The notes under the pieces are model-generated. The model worked only from the letters and a program-made list of their open reading frames with translations. It made no database searches and was not told the origin of the DNA. This document shows positions 25,860 to 36,232 of a DNA stretch of 64,000 nucleotides, piece after piece. A program made the translations under genes and the position numbers. The stretch's first letter is position 1. Each line of letters starts with the position of its first letter. Source of the stretch: an uncultured Eubacteriales bacterium (lineage in GTDB: Bacteria > Bacillota > Clostridia > Oscillospirales > CAG-272); NCBI GenBank assembly GCA_934394585.1, contig CAKRQU010000007.1, positions 3,343 to 67,342 of the forward strand, in the 5' to 3' direction.

Positions 25860-26884
25860 CGGAATATTCTTGCAATCTGCTCGGAAAGCTTTCGGGTGCT
25901 TTCGGTCCGTCCGGATGCGAGGGCGCTGTAATTTCCGATATAGAAAAAAATATAGCGCCGTATTGCGACGAGATACGTCGCGACAGGGCGGGAAATCTGA
26001 TAGCGGTGATAAAGGCGGAAAAGCCCTGCGGCAAATTGCTTTTTGCGGCAAACGCCGATGAAGTGGGCTTTATGATAACGGATACGAATGACGACGGCAG
26101 GCTTTATGTGACGCCGCTCGGTCCCATAGAAACGGATACGCTTTCCGGCAGGCGCGTGCTTGTTGGAAACGCAAAAAAAGCTTCCGTAGCAGTGGCGGCT
26201 TCCAAGCCGATACACGAGCAGTCGGGCGATGAGCGGAGCAAGCCCACGCCGTGGGACAAGCTGTATATTCAGACAGGCACGAAAAAAAGCGAAGAGCAGA
26301 GCATAAAAGCGGGCGATTTCGGCACTTTCCTCGGAAATTTCGGCGAACTCGGTCACAATATAAAGGGCAAAGCGCTCGATTCGAGAGCACCCTGCGCCAT
26401 ACTTTGCGAAATGATAAAGCGCATAAAGGAAGAGAAAATACATCATGAAACCGATCTGTATTTTGCTTTCACAGTGCGCGGCAAGCTGAACCGCTCCGGC
26501 GCGGTAAACGCGGCACGCGGGATTTCTCCCGATAGAGCCGTGGTGATAAGCTACGCGCCGGCCGCTGATATAAGCGATATACCCGAAAATCTCGTCTGCA
26601 CGAAACTCGGCGGCGGTGTCGCGCTTTCTTTTGCCGACGCAAAAACCATACTGCGCCCGTGCGACGCGGAAGCGCTGAGAAAAACGGCTGAGGAAAACGG
26701 AATAAAATATCAGATAAAAGGCATGATCACGGGAGCAGGCGACGCCGCGTATTATCAGCGCGACGGCGGCGCTGCTACGGTATGCGCGGATATCCCGTGC
26801 CGCTATCCGAATACGGCTTCATGCGTGATAAGCAAAGAAGATTACGATGCAGTGCTGGCGCTTTCGCTCGCACTCGTGAAATGA
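25856..26884 (+). CDS. M42 family paralog 2 with substituted metal-ligand/catalytic positions (probable pseudo-peptidase)
   Basis: Same fold-level similarity, but ANADEVG (His to Asn), VRGKLN in place of EE, and RYPNT in place of the C-terminal His motif. The start overlaps the upstream stop (ATGA). Confidence 0.85.
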   Translation: MTEYSCNLLGKLSGAFGPSGCEGAVISDIEKNIAPYCDEIRRDRAGNLIAVIKAEKPCGKLLFAANADEVGFMITDTNDDGRLYVTPLGPIETDTLSGRRVLVGNAKKASVAVAASKPIHEQSGDERSKPTPWDKLYIQTGTKKSEEQSIKAGDFGTFLGNFGELGHNIKGKALDSRAPCAILCEMIKRIKEEKIHHETDLYFAFTVRGKLNRSGAVNAARGISPDRAVVISYAPAADISDIPENLVCTKLGGGVALSFADAKTILRPCDAEALRKTAEENGIKYQIKGMITGAGDAAYYQRDGGAATVCADIPCRYPNTASCVISKEDYDAVLALSLALVK

Positions 26885-26894
26885 GGAGGAATAT

Positions 26895-27893
26895 ATGTTT
26901 GCTCAACTGAAAAAGTTCATACTTGCTTCCGGCGTTTCCGGAAACGAAAAGAATATCAGCTCCGTAATAGCCGCTGATATAGCGCCCTATGTGGACGAGG
27001 TATATACCGATGCCATGGGTAATCTGATAGCGCACAAAAAGGGAAGAAGCGAAAATGCGAAAAAGCTGATGTTTGCCGCACATGCGGACGAGATAGGATT
27101 TATGGTCACGTTCATAGACGAAAAAGGATTTATCCGCGTGACGAAAATGGGCGGCATAAATTATGCGGCTGCGGCTTTTTCCTCTGTGGTATTCGATAAC
27201 GGCACGCTCGGCGCCATGGTCCCCGACGGCAGGACTGCACCAAAGGATTACCGCCCCGAGGTTTTCTATGTGGATATCGGCGCAAAGGATAAAAAGGACG
27301 CGGAGCGTCATGTGAAAACAGGCGATTTCTGCCGCGTTGTGCCGAGCCTGAATAAGCTTTGCGGCACGCGCGTATGCGGCAGACCTCTCGACGACAGAAT
27401 AGGCTGCTACATGCTTTTTGAAACGGCAAAGGCGATGAAAACCTGCGAAAACGATACGTATTTTGTTTTCACCGTGCAGGAGGAAGTCGGCGTGCGCGGC
27501 GCAAAAACTTCGGCTTTTGAAATACATCCCGATTATGCCGTGGCTGTGGATATAGGCGGATGCGGCGATACGCCGAACTGCGCGCCCATGGCGATAACGA
27601 TGGGCAAAGGCGCGGCGATAAAGCTGAAGGACGGCATGGTTATATGCCATGAAAAGATGATTTCGCTGATGAAAAATATCGCAAAGGAAAGAAATATCCC
27701 TTATCAGCTGGAAATACTGGAGAGCGGCGGCACGGATACCTGTATGCTCCAGCAGGCGGCGGGCGGATGTATCGCGGGAGCTGTTTCCATGCCCACGAGA
27801 TACGGCCACAGCGGAGTGGAGATAATAGATATGAAAGACGCGAAATCCGGCATAGACATAATGACGGGACTTTGCGAAACGTCACTTGACTGA
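26895..27893 (+). CDS. M42 family metallopeptidase, paralog 3
   Basis: Motifs intact: AHADEIG, LDDRIG, QEEVG, YGHSG. Confidence 0.9.
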   Translation: MFAQLKKFILASGVSGNEKNISSVIAADIAPYVDEVYTDAMGNLIAHKKGRSENAKKLMFAAHADEIGFMVTFIDEKGFIRVTKMGGINYAAAAFSSVVFDNGTLGAMVPDGRTAPKDYRPEVFYVDIGAKDKKDAERHVKTGDFCRVVPSLNKLCGTRVCGRPLDDRIGCYMLFETAKAMKTCENDTYFVFTVQEEVGVRGAKTSAFEIHPDYAVAVDIGGCGDTPNCAPMAITMGKGAAIKLKDGMVICHEKMISLMKNIAKERNIPYQLEILESGGTDTCMLQQAAGGCIAGAVSMPTRYGHSGVEIIDMKDAKSGIDIMTGLCETSLD

Positions 27894-27903
27894 GGAGAGA
27901 AAA

Positions 27904-29157
27904 ATGCAGTTTTCGGATAAGATAATAAAACTGACAGCCGAGGCGGAAAAAGAGCTTCGCCCGCAATTTGACGAATTTGACCGCATAGCATATGTAAATA
28001 CGGCACGTGTGCTGGAAGCTTTTGCGGCGCACAGAGTATCGGAAGCGATGTTTGCGCCGTCCACGGGCTACGGCTACGGCGATATCGGCAGAGATGCTCT
28101 GGATGCGATATATGCCGATGTTTTCGGTGCGGAGGCGGCTTTTGTCCGTCACAATATAGTGAACGGCACGCAGGCGATAGCAATAGGACTTTTCGGTTTG
28201 CTCCGTCCTGGCGATATCATGCTTTCCGTCACGGGAAAACCGTATGATACGCTGAATGAAGTGATCGGCGCGGATATAAAAAACGGCGACGGGTCGCTTG
28301 CCGATTTCGGAATAAAATACGATGATGTAAATCTGCTCCCCGACGGCGGCGTGGATTACGCGGGCATAGAAAAGAAAATAGCCGGATACGGTGAAAAAAT
28401 AAAGGTTATTTTCATACAGCGTTCCAAAGGATATATGAACCGCCCCACGCTTTCCGCCGCAGAAATAGGCGAGATAATAAAATTTGTAAAGGCAAAATGC
28501 GGCGCTTATGTCGCCGTGGATAACTGCTACGGCGAATTCTGCGACGAAGCCGAGCCTACGGCTTTCGGCGCGGATCTGATAATGGGATCTCTCATAAAAA
28601 ATCCCGGCGGCGGCATGGCGGAATGCGGCGGCTATATAGCGGGAACAAAACGCGCAGTGGAGCTTGCTTCCTACAGGCAGACGACTGTGGGCATAGGCAC
28701 GGAATGCGGCGCTACGATAGGGCAGAACAGAAATATGTTCAAGGGATTTTTCTATGCGCCGCATACGGTGGCTCAGGCAAAGAAAACGGCGGCGCTCGCG
28801 GCATATGTTTTCGACAGGCTGGGATATCCCGTAGAGCCCTCGTGGAAAGACGCGCGCCATGATATAATCCAGACGGTGCGCCTCGGCACGCCGGAGGGAC
28901 TTTGCGCTTTCTGCCGCGGCATACAGTCCGGTTCGCCGGTTGACGCTTATGTCACGCCCGAACCGTGGGATATGCCCGGATATGCCGATAAGGTGATAAT
29001 GGCGGCGGGCACATTTGTTTCCGGCGCGTCCATAGAGCTTTCGGCAGACGGTCCGCTCCGTGCGCCGTATACGGCTTTTTTCCAGGGCGGACTTACTTAC
29101 GAGAGCGGAAAATACGCCATAATGACAGCGGCGGAAATGATTCTCTCTGAAAAATAA
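27904..29157 (+). CDS. PLP-dependent YnbB / methionine gamma-lyase family protein (aluminium-resistance protein family)
   Basis: The N-terminus FDEFDRIAYVNTARVLEAFAAHRVSE and overall length are typical of YnbB. I prefer ATG 27904 after GAGGAG. The track start is 27886. Confidence 0.85.
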   Translation: MQFSDKIIKLTAEAEKELRPQFDEFDRIAYVNTARVLEAFAAHRVSEAMFAPSTGYGYGDIGRDALDAIYADVFGAEAAFVRHNIVNGTQAIAIGLFGLLRPGDIMLSVTGKPYDTLNEVIGADIKNGDGSLADFGIKYDDVNLLPDGGVDYAGIEKKIAGYGEKIKVIFIQRSKGYMNRPTLSAAEIGEIIKFVKAKCGAYVAVDNCYGEFCDEAEPTAFGADLIMGSLIKNPGGGMAECGGYIAGTKRAVELASYRQTTVGIGTECGATIGQNRNMFKGFFYAPHTVAQAKKTAALAAYVFDRLGYPVEPSWKDARHDIIQTVRLGTPEGLCAFCRGIQSGSPVDAYVTPEPWDMPGYADKVIMAAGTFVSGASIELSADGPLRAPYTAFFQGGLTYESGKYAIMTAAEMILSEK

Positions 29158-29233
29158 GCGAAATTTTTCAAAAATTCCTGATGTGCGCAACTTCTCACCG
29201 AGAAGTTGCGCAGTTTTATTCTCCCGAGGCGAG

Positions 29234-29290
29234 TTGCGCATTGTATCAAACAGAAACTCCGACAGATTTTAAACGCTGTCGGAGCTTTTG
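29234..29290 (+). repeat. 57-nt hairpin repeat (copy 1), inverted copy at 40871-40927
   Basis: TTGCGCATTGTATCAAACAGAAACTCCGACAG-loop-CTGTCGGAGCTTTTG. The stems are identical to the reverse complement of 40871-40927 and the loops differ. Confidence 0.75.
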
Positions 29291-29364
29291 CTTTCTTATG
29301 GAAACTGCAACTTTTTTGCAGCCGTCTTTTTGCGTGCGAAAAAATTTTTTCTCTGCGATTTATT

Positions 29365-29397
29365 TTGACAAAAAAGTACGCCCGCCGTGTGTATAAT
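29365..29397 (+). promoter_or_regulatory. putative spoIIG-type promoter with an over-long spacer
   Basis: TTGACA (29365-70), 21-bp spacer, TATAAT (29392-97), directly upstream of spoIIGA-sigE. Confidence 0.5.
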
Positions 29398-29431
29398 AAA
29401 GGCATGGAACAGGGAACGGAGGCGGTGCGTT

Positions 29432-30295
29432 TTGGAATATATCTACGGCGATGTGCTTTTTGTGATAAATTTCAGCATGGATTTTCTCGCGCTGTATATC
29501 GCGGGAAAGCTGATGAATATGAAAATGAGCCGCCTGCGGCTGATAACGGCTGCCACATTGGGCGGGATATACGGCGTGGTCGCCGTGGCATATCTTTCGG
29601 GCTTTGCGGAAAAGGCGCTTTCCGTTTTATCCGGCATAGCCGTGTGCGCGACGGCTCATTATCATAAAAATATAAAAAGATTTGTTTCCGTTTTCGCGCT
29701 TTTTTTCGGAGTCAGCCTTTTTATGGGCGGCGCCATGACTTTCATATACTCAAATCTCGGCAAATACAAAAATTATATTCAGGCAGGAGGGGCAATCTAT
29801 ACCGTGCTGGACGATATACCGATATACGTTTTTGCGGCGATAGCCGCCGTATCAGTTTTGCTTTCGTGGATAACGGGAAAGCTGTTTTCACGGAAAAAGC
29901 TTTCCGCGGCTTGCGAAGCGATAGTTGATTTCGACGGGAGAAAAAGCGAAATACGTTGCCTTGTCGACAGCGGAAATCTGCTTTGCGACCCGATAAGCGG
30001 AACACCCGTGATATTCATATCCGAAGAAGAAGCGAAAATAATACCAAACGAGCTGCGCGAAGCCGCAAACGGTAAAACAGACGGGCTGGATTTCGATGTG
30101 ATACGCAAAATCCGTTTTATTCCGGCTTCCACCGTGGCGGGGAGGAAAATGATAGTGGCTGTCGTACCGGACAGCGTTTATATAAAATGTTCCGACGGGG
30201 AATATGCGGAAAAGAAAGCATACATCTGCATCGACAGCGAAAAAAACGATTTCGGCGGATACGGCGCGATAGTGCCGCTTTCGCTTTGTACATAG
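29432..30295 (+). CDS. spoIIGA: sigma-E processing peptidase SpoIIGA
   Basis: [23 protein letters not shown] start, multi-TM N half and a C-terminal aspartic protease region (LVDSGN). TTG 29432 lies 8 nt after GGAGG. The track start at 29387 would overlap the -10 box. Confidence 0.85.
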   Translation: MEYIYGDVLFVINFSMDFLALYIAGKLMNMKMSRLRLITAATLGGIYGVVAVAYLSGFAEKALSVLSGIAVCATAHYHKNIKRFVSVFALFFGVSLFMGGAMTFIYSNLGKYKNYIQAGGAIYTVLDDIPIYVFAAIAAVSVLLSWITGKLFSRKKLSAACEAIVDFDGRKSEIRCLVDSGNLLCDPISGTPVIFISEEEAKIIPNELREAANGKTDGLDFDVIRKIRFIPASTVAGRKMIVAVVPDSVYIKCSDGEYAEKKAYICIDSEKNDFGGYGAIVPLSLCT

Positions 30296-30305
30296 GAGGC
30301 TGAAA

Positions 30306-31010
30306 ATGCTTTTATACAGGATAAGGATGTTTTTTGCGCGCATTTTACTGAAGCTGAAATTCCGTTTTGAAACGCATTATATCGGCGGCACGGAAACTCT
30401 GCCGCCTCCGCTTTCACCCGAAGAGGAAGAGGAAATTCTTTCCCGGCTCGATGAAAACCGCGAAAACCGACGCAAACTGGTAGAGCGCAATCTGCGTCTT
30501 GTCGTATACATAGCGAAAAAATTCGAAAATACGGGCGTAGGGCTGGAGGATCTTATTTCCATAGGCACGATAGGGCTTATAAAGGCGGCAAATACATTCC
30601 GTCCGGATAAAAATATAAAGCTCGCCACTTATGCGTCGCGCTGTATAGAAAATGAGATACTCATGTACATACGCAAAAGCGGTAATACGAAATCGGAGCT
30701 TTCCTTTGACGAGCCGCTCAGCACCGATTGGGACGGAAACGAGCTGCTGCTATCCGATGTTCTCGGCGATGACGAGGGAGTGGGAAAAAAACTGGAGGAC
30801 GAAGAGGAAAAGCATATCATAGCAAAGGCGATATCGGAGCTGGACGGACGCGAAAGGGAAATAATAGAGCTGCGTTTCGGGCTGAACGGCAAAAAGGAAA
30901 GAACACAGAAAGAAGTGGCTGATATGCTGGGAATATCGCAATCGTACATATCGCGCCTCGAAAAAAAGATAATAGAGCGTCTGCGAAGCGAAATAGAGGG
31001 CAAAATCTGA
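30306..31010 (+). CDS. sigE: sporulation sigma factor SigE (pro-sigma-E)
   Basis: Pro-sequence followed by [17 protein letters not shown], with sigma-70 regions 2 and 4. Confidence 0.93.
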   Translation: MLLYRIRMFFARILLKLKFRFETHYIGGTETLPPPLSPEEEEEILSRLDENRENRRKLVERNLRLVVYIAKKFENTGVGLEDLISIGTIGLIKAANTFRPDKNIKLATYASRCIENEILMYIRKSGNTKSELSFDEPLSTDWDGNELLLSDVLGDDEGVGKKLEDEEEKHIIAKAISELDGREREIIELRFGLNGKKERTQKEVADMLGISQSYISRLEKKIIERLRSEIEGKI

Positions 31011-31040
31011 AAAAAATATCAAAAAAATCAGAAAAAGGTA

Positions 31041-31069
31041 TTGCATTATTTTGAATTATGTGATAAAAT
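31041..31069 (+). promoter_or_regulatory. sigma-A type promoter of rpmE
   Basis: TTGCAT, 17 bp ending in TGTGA, then TAAAAT. Confidence 0.55.
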
Positions 31070-31108
31070 GACTACTACGTGATTATATTATATTGTGAGG
31101 TGTAAACG

Positions 31109-31312
31109 ATGAAAGAAGGAATCCATCCTAACTATGTTGACGCTACTGTAAGATGTGCGTGCGGCGAAGTTATAAATACAAAATCCACAAAAGGCGATTT
31201 CCGTGTTGAAATCTGCTCAAAGTGCCATCCCTTCTTTACCGGCAAGCAGAAATTCGTAGATGCCGGCGGACGTGTTGACAAGTTCAGAAAGCGTCTGGAA
31301 GGTAAAAAATAA
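31109..31312 (+). CDS. rpmE: 50S ribosomal protein L31
   Basis: MKEGIHPNY start and the CxC...[10 protein letters not shown] zinc motif. Confidence 0.95.
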   Translation: MKEGIHPNYVDATVRCACGEVINTKSTKGDFRVEICSKCHPFFTGKQKFVDAGGRVDKFRKRLEGKK

Positions 31313-31333
31313 TTTTATATTATTTGCCGAAAT

Positions 31334-31378
31334 GAGCGAGAGAAAACGCCGACAGCGTTTTTCTTTCGCTCTTTTTCT
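31334..31378 (+). terminator. intrinsic terminator after rpmE
   Basis: Long GAGCGAGAGAAAACGC / GCGTTTTTCTTTCGCTC hairpin followed by TTTTT. Confidence 0.8.
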
Positions 31379-31396
31379 CTGAAAGGAAGAGGCTTT

Positions 31397-32668
31397 ATGA
31401 CGGAAAATACTGTTTTAAAAGAGAAAAACAAAACAAGAGCCGCGCTCGTTTCGCTCGTGACAAAGGATATGAGCGAGCATGAGGCGGAAATATCGCTTTG
31501 CGAGCTGGAAAGGCTCTGCGAAACGGCGGGCGCCGAGGTTATATTTCGGACGGTGCAGAACAAAGAAACGCCAGACGCGCGCACTTATATAGGAAAAGGC
31601 AAGGTGGCGGAGCTTTCGGAGCTTTGCAAAAAGAATGAAATAGACAGCGTCGTTTTCGACTGCGAGCTTTCGCCATCGCAGATACGCAATCTGGAGGACG
31701 ATATCGGAGGAGATGTGACCGTCATAGACAGGAGCATGCTGATACTCGATATTTTTGCCTTACATGCGGTGACAGGCGAAGGAAAATTGCAGGTGGAGCT
31801 GGCACAGCTGAAATATACCGTGCCGCGCCTCGTCGGCAAAGGCGCGGAGCTTTCGCGGCTGGGCGGCGGCGTGGGTACGCGCGGACCAGGAGAAAGCAAG
31901 CTGGAAACCGACAGGCGCCACGTAAAGCGGAGAATCGACGCGCTGGAAGCGCAGATAGCCGAGATGGCGAAAAACCGCGAGATTCAGCGTGCGCAGAGGG
32001 ACAGGAGCGGTATTTTCAAATTTGCCGTGGCGGGGTATACGAATGCGGGGAAATCGACCCTGCTGAACAGGCTCACCGATGCGGGGATACTTTCCGAGGA
32101 CAAGCTTTTTGCCACGCTTGACCCAACCACGCGAAAATTCACGCTGCCCTCGGGCGATGATGTGCTGCTCACGGATACCGTAGGATTCATACGCAATCTG
32201 CCGCACCATCTGATAAAGGCTTTCAGGAGCACTTTCGAAGAAGTCTGCCATGCGGATGCCGTGATAATAATGGCGGATGCCTCCGACCCTGAGGCGGATT
32301 CCCAGCTGGATGTGACAAACAGGCTGGTCGAAGAGCTGGGCGCGGGGGAAAAACCGATAATATACGTTTACAACAAATGCGACAAAGGCATAGCATGTCA
32401 TCCCGTGACACCGACGGAAAGCAGCGTTTACATTTCCGCGCTGACGGGTGCCGGAACGGACGAGCTGGTGGCAAAGCTGGAAAAAATCGCGTCGGAAGGC
32501 AAAAAGCTCTGTGTTTTTGAAATACCGATGGCTAATCTCGGCGTGATAAATTCCATTTATTCAAATGCCGCCGTGCAGAATGTCGAATACGGCGAAAACG
32601 GTGCTGCAGTGACAGCCGTGGCTGACAAAAAGGCACGCGGAATGTTTGAAAAATACATGAAAAAATAA
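31397..32668 (+). CDS. hflX: GTPase HflX
   Basis: HflX N domain followed by G motifs GYTNAGKST and DTVGF. Confidence 0.93.
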   Translation: MTENTVLKEKNKTRAALVSLVTKDMSEHEAEISLCELERLCETAGAEVIFRTVQNKETPDARTYIGKGKVAELSELCKKNEIDSVVFDCELSPSQIRNLEDDIGGDVTVIDRSMLILDIFALHAVTGEGKLQVELAQLKYTVPRLVGKGAELSRLGGGVGTRGPGESKLETDRRHVKRRIDALEAQIAEMAKNREIQRAQRDRSGIFKFAVAGYTNAGKSTLLNRLTDAGILSEDKLFATLDPTTRKFTLPSGDDVLLTDTVGFIRNLPHHLIKAFRSTFEEVCHADAVIIMADASDPEADSQLDVTNRLVEELGAGEKPIIYVYNKCDKGIACHPVTPTESSVYISALTGAGTDELVAKLEKIASEGKKLCVFEIPMANLGVINSIYSNAAVQNVEYGENGAAVTAVADKKARGMFEKYMKK

Positions 32669-32683
32669 AAGAAAAGGGCGGAA

Positions 32684-33322
32684 ATGGCGATGAGTGGAGA
32701 GCTTATTACCGTGGCGCGCGAAGCCGACGCGGAATTTACCGAAAAACGAAGTGTTTTTATAGGTCATGTGCGCAGTGTGGCAAGCGCGGAGGAAGCCGAG
32801 AGCTATATAGCTTCGGTAAAAAAGAAATATGCCGATGCGCGTCACAATGTATGGGCTTATCTTCTGCGCTCGGGCGCGATGCGCTACAGCGATGACGGGG
32901 AACCGCAGGGTACAGGCGGCATACCCGTGCTGGAAGTGCTGAAAAAAAGCGGCATCGCCGACGCGGTTATCGTGGTGACGCGGTATTTCGGCGGGATACT
33001 TCTCGGCGCGGGCGGACTTTCGCGCGCGTATTCAAAAGCCGCCGTGATGGCGATAGAAGAGGCGGGAACGGTGAAATTCACGCCTTTTACCGAATGTCTT
33101 ATCGTCTGCGACTACGGCGAATACCGCAAATTGCTGTATGAAATCGAGAAATTTGATATAATAATAGAAAATACCGTATTTGAAAACGATGTAAAAATAT
33201 ACTTTTCCGTTTGCAGGGAAGAAACGGAAAGGCTTTCGTCTGCCGTATGCGCACAGACAAATGCAAAACGAAGCGTAAAGATTCTCGGCGAAAAGCTCGC
33301 CGTATCGGGAAAACATGCATAA
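32684..33322 (+). CDS. YigZ / IMPACT family protein
   Basis: KRSVFIGHV..., HNVWAY and DDGEPQGTGG motifs of the UPF0029/IMPACT family. Confidence 0.85.
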   Translation: MAMSGELITVAREADAEFTEKRSVFIGHVRSVASAEEAESYIASVKKKYADARHNVWAYLLRSGAMRYSDDGEPQGTGGIPVLEVLKKSGIADAVIVVTRYFGGILLGAGGLSRAYSKAAVMAIEEAGTVKFTPFTECLIVCDYGEYRKLLYEIEKFDIIIENTVFENDVKIYFSVCREETERLSSAVCAQTNAKRSVKILGEKLAVSGKHA

Positions 33323-33417
33323 AAACAGGACTTTTTTGCGAAAAAAGCAGGATTTTTTACTGTATGCGCGTATATTACCGATACATAACGAATCTTTGGA
33401 AAAGAAGGTGCGCGATT

Positions 33418-34431
33418 TTGACCATAGCGGAACAGAATATGGAAACGGAAGAGAAAATGCTTTCTCCTTTTGCCTGTCTTGCAAAAAATTCACGCGGCAG
33501 AGAAATACCGATACCACCGTGCGAGGTTAGGACGGTTTTTCAGCGCGACAGAGACAGGATAGTACATGCAAAATCTTTTCGGCGACTGATGCACAAAACG
33601 CAGGTTTTCCTTTCGCCGGAGGACGATCATTACAGAACAAGACTGACACATACGCTGGAGGTTACGCAGATAGCGAAAACAATAGCGCGCGGTCTGCGCC
33701 TGAACGAGGATCTCTGCGAGGCGGCGGCTCTCGGGCACGATCTGGGGCATACGCCTTTCGGACATGCGGGGGAAAAGGTTTTGCAGGAAAATTTCTCGCC
33801 GGATTTCACTCATTACAGGCAGAGCCTGCGCGTGGTGGAAAAGCTGGAAAACGGCGGCAAGGGGCTGAATCTCACTTTTGAAGTGCGCGACGGGATAGTC
33901 CACCATTCCGGTTCCATACGCAAACCGTCCGGCGCTGCCACGCTGGAGGGCTCGGTGGTGAAATTTTCCGACAAGATAGCGTATATCAATCACGATATAG
34001 ACGACGCCATACGCGGAAAAATCCTTTCCGAGGACGATATCCCGCGCGAGCTTTCCGATATACTCGGATATACCCATTCCGAGAGGATAGCCACCATGGT
34101 AAAGGATCTGATATACACGAGCGAGGGAAAGCCCGTGATAGCCATGTCGCCCGAAATACTGGACGCCACAGACAGGCTGCGCGCCTTTCTGCACGAGAAT
34201 GTCTATATAAATCCCGCGGCAAAGGCAGAGGAAATACATGCCATGGATATGCTGGCGAAGCTCTATGAATATCTCGTGAAAAATCCCGAGAAGATGCCCG
34301 AGGAATTTCTGCATGACGACGGAGACAGCATCGAGCGAAAAGCGGCGGACTATATAGCGGGCATGACGGACAGATATGCAATAAATCTTTTTGAAGATCT
34401 TTTCATACCAAAGCTCTGGAAACTGAAATAA
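33418..34431 (+). CDS. dGTPase-like deoxyguanosinetriphosphate triphosphohydrolase (HD domain)
   Basis: FQRDRDRIVHAKSFRRL, RTRLTHTLEV and LGHDLGHTPFGH motifs. I prefer TTG 33418 (after GAAGGTG) or ATG 33439. The track start at 33211 overlaps yigZ. Confidence 0.85.
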   Translation: MTIAEQNMETEEKMLSPFACLAKNSRGREIPIPPCEVRTVFQRDRDRIVHAKSFRRLMHKTQVFLSPEDDHYRTRLTHTLEVTQIAKTIARGLRLNEDLCEAAALGHDLGHTPFGHAGEKVLQENFSPDFTHYRQSLRVVEKLENGGKGLNLTFEVRDGIVHHSGSIRKPSGAATLEGSVVKFSDKIAYINHDIDDAIRGKILSEDDIPRELSDILGYTHSERIATMVKDLIYTSEGKPVIAMSPEILDATDRLRAFLHENVYINPAAKAEEIHAMDMLAKLYEYLVKNPEKMPEEFLHDDGDSIERKAADYIAGMTDRYAINLFEDLFIPKLWKLK

Positions 34432-34465
34432 AAAGGCGCGGATACGCCCGAAGGGAGGCGGAATT

Positions 34466-36232
34466 TTGAAATTCACACCGGGCTTTATAGAAGAAGTAAA
34501 ATACAGAAATCCGATAGAGTCGGTGATTTCATCTTATGTGAATCTCAAAAGAGCCGGCTCCAATATGACGGGTCTGTGCCCGTTTCACAATGAAAAAACG
34601 CCGTCGTTTTTCGTTTTCGGAAATACGGAAACATATCATTGCTTCGGATGCGGAGCGGGCGGCGATGTGATAACATTTATAATGAGCGCGGAAAATCTCG
34701 ATTATCCCTCCGCTGTGGAGTTTCTTTGCAAGCGCGCGGGAATGGAAATGCCTGCGGAAAGCGCCTCCGACAAAAGCGAGCTGGCGCTGCGTTCGCGCAT
34801 ATATGCGCTAAATAAAGAGGCGGCGAGATTTTTTCACAAAACCCTTTTTGAAAAGGGCAGCGAGCAGGCGCGCGCTTATCTGGAAAAAAGAAAGGTCAGC
34901 GCGGCGGCGATAAAGGCTTTCGGTCTGGGTTACGCGCCGAAAACATTTGATACGCTGCGAAAGCACATGCTTTCGCAGGGCTTTACCGATGAGGAACTGC
35001 GGATAGCATTTCTCTGCGGAAAAAGCGAGAAAAACGGCAGGACATATTATTTCGACTATTTCCGCGGGAGGATAATTTTCCCGATAATAGATAATTTCCA
35101 TAATGTGATAGCTTTCGGCGGCAGAGCGATGGACGATGACGGACCGAAATATCTGAATACATCGGATACGCCTGTTTTCAAAAAGAGCAGAAATCTTTTT
35201 GCGCTGAATATAGCGCGTTCGTATTGCTCGGATTATATGATATTGTGCGAGGGATATATGGATGTGATATCCATGCATTCGGCGGGATTTTCTTCTGCTG
35301 TGGCTACTCTCGGAACGGCGCTGACGCCCGAGCAGGCGCGCATAATGGCGAAATATACAAAAACCGTGGTCGTTTCCTACGACAATGACGATGCCGGTAT
35401 GGCGGCGGCAAAGCGTGCCATTCCCATACTGACAAAAGCGGGGCTGGAGGTTCGCGTGCTTCAGATGAGCGGCGCAAAGGACCCCGACGAATACATAAAG
35501 AAATTCGGCGCGGACAAATTCCGTCGCCTCGTGGATGGAAGCACGGGAAAGCTGGAATATCTCTGCGACAGCGTGCTGAAAAAATACAACATACTCATAC
35601 CCGAGGAAAAAGTGCGCGCGGCAAATGAACTTTGCCGGATAGCGGCCGATATCTATTCCGATGTGGAGCGCGATGTCTATGTTTCGCGCATAGCGGAAAA
35701 GCTTTCGCTCCCCGTGGATACCGTGCGAAACGATGTGCGCCGCATACGTTACAGCAAGGAAAAGCAGGAAAAAAACGAGGAAAAACGGAAAATAATCGAG
35801 CAGTCGCTCGGATACGGCGACAGGGTAAACAAAGATTACATAAAAAATGCAAGAGCGGCAAAGGCGGAGGAAACCATACTCGGAATACTGCTTCTCATGC
35901 CGGAATATATCTCCGATATCAAGCGGGGAAAAATTTCGCTTTCGCCAGATGATTTTGTCACGGAATTCAACAGGCGCGTTTTCACGGAGCTTATTTCCGG
36001 AGAGGAGCCGCCGGGACTGGGAATACTCGGCGAAAGCTTCACGGCGGAGGAAATGGCGCGCATAGTGAGAATGCAGACGGCACGCGCCCAGCTTTCGCAG
36101 AATGACGCATCAGTCATAAACGAAAATATAAAAACTCTGCAAACGGAAAAGGAAGACAAAAGATCCGAAGCGGATATAGACGACACACTGAATATACTGA
36201 AACGCAAAAAGCAAACGGAGGAAACCAAATGA
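34466..36232 (+). CDS. dnaG: DNA primase
   Basis: Zinc-ribbon [11 protein letters not shown]...CFGCGAGG followed by a TOPRIM domain. Confidence 0.95.
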   Translation: MKFTPGFIEEVKYRNPIESVISSYVNLKRAGSNMTGLCPFHNEKTPSFFVFGNTETYHCFGCGAGGDVITFIMSAENLDYPSAVEFLCKRAGMEMPAESASDKSELALRSRIYALNKEAARFFHKTLFEKGSEQARAYLEKRKVSAAAIKAFGLGYAPKTFDTLRKHMLSQGFTDEELRIAFLCGKSEKNGRTYYFDYFRGRIIFPIIDNFHNVIAFGGRAMDDDGPKYLNTSDTPVFKKSRNLFALNIARSYCSDYMILCEGYMDVISMHSAGFSSAVATLGTALTPEQARIMAKYTKTVVVSYDNDDAGMAAAKRAIPILTKAGLEVRVLQMSGAKDPDEYIKKFGADKFRRLVDGSTGKLEYLCDSVLKKYNILIPEEKVRAANELCRIAADIYSDVERDVYVSRIAEKLSLPVDTVRNDVRRIRYSKEKQEKNEEKRKIIEQSLGYGDRVNKDYIKNARAAKAEETILGILLLMPEYISDIKRGKISLSPDDFVTEFNRRVFTELISGEEPPGLGILGESFTAEEMARIVRMQTARAQLSQNDASVINENIKTLQTEKEDKRSEADIDDTLNILKRKKQTEETK

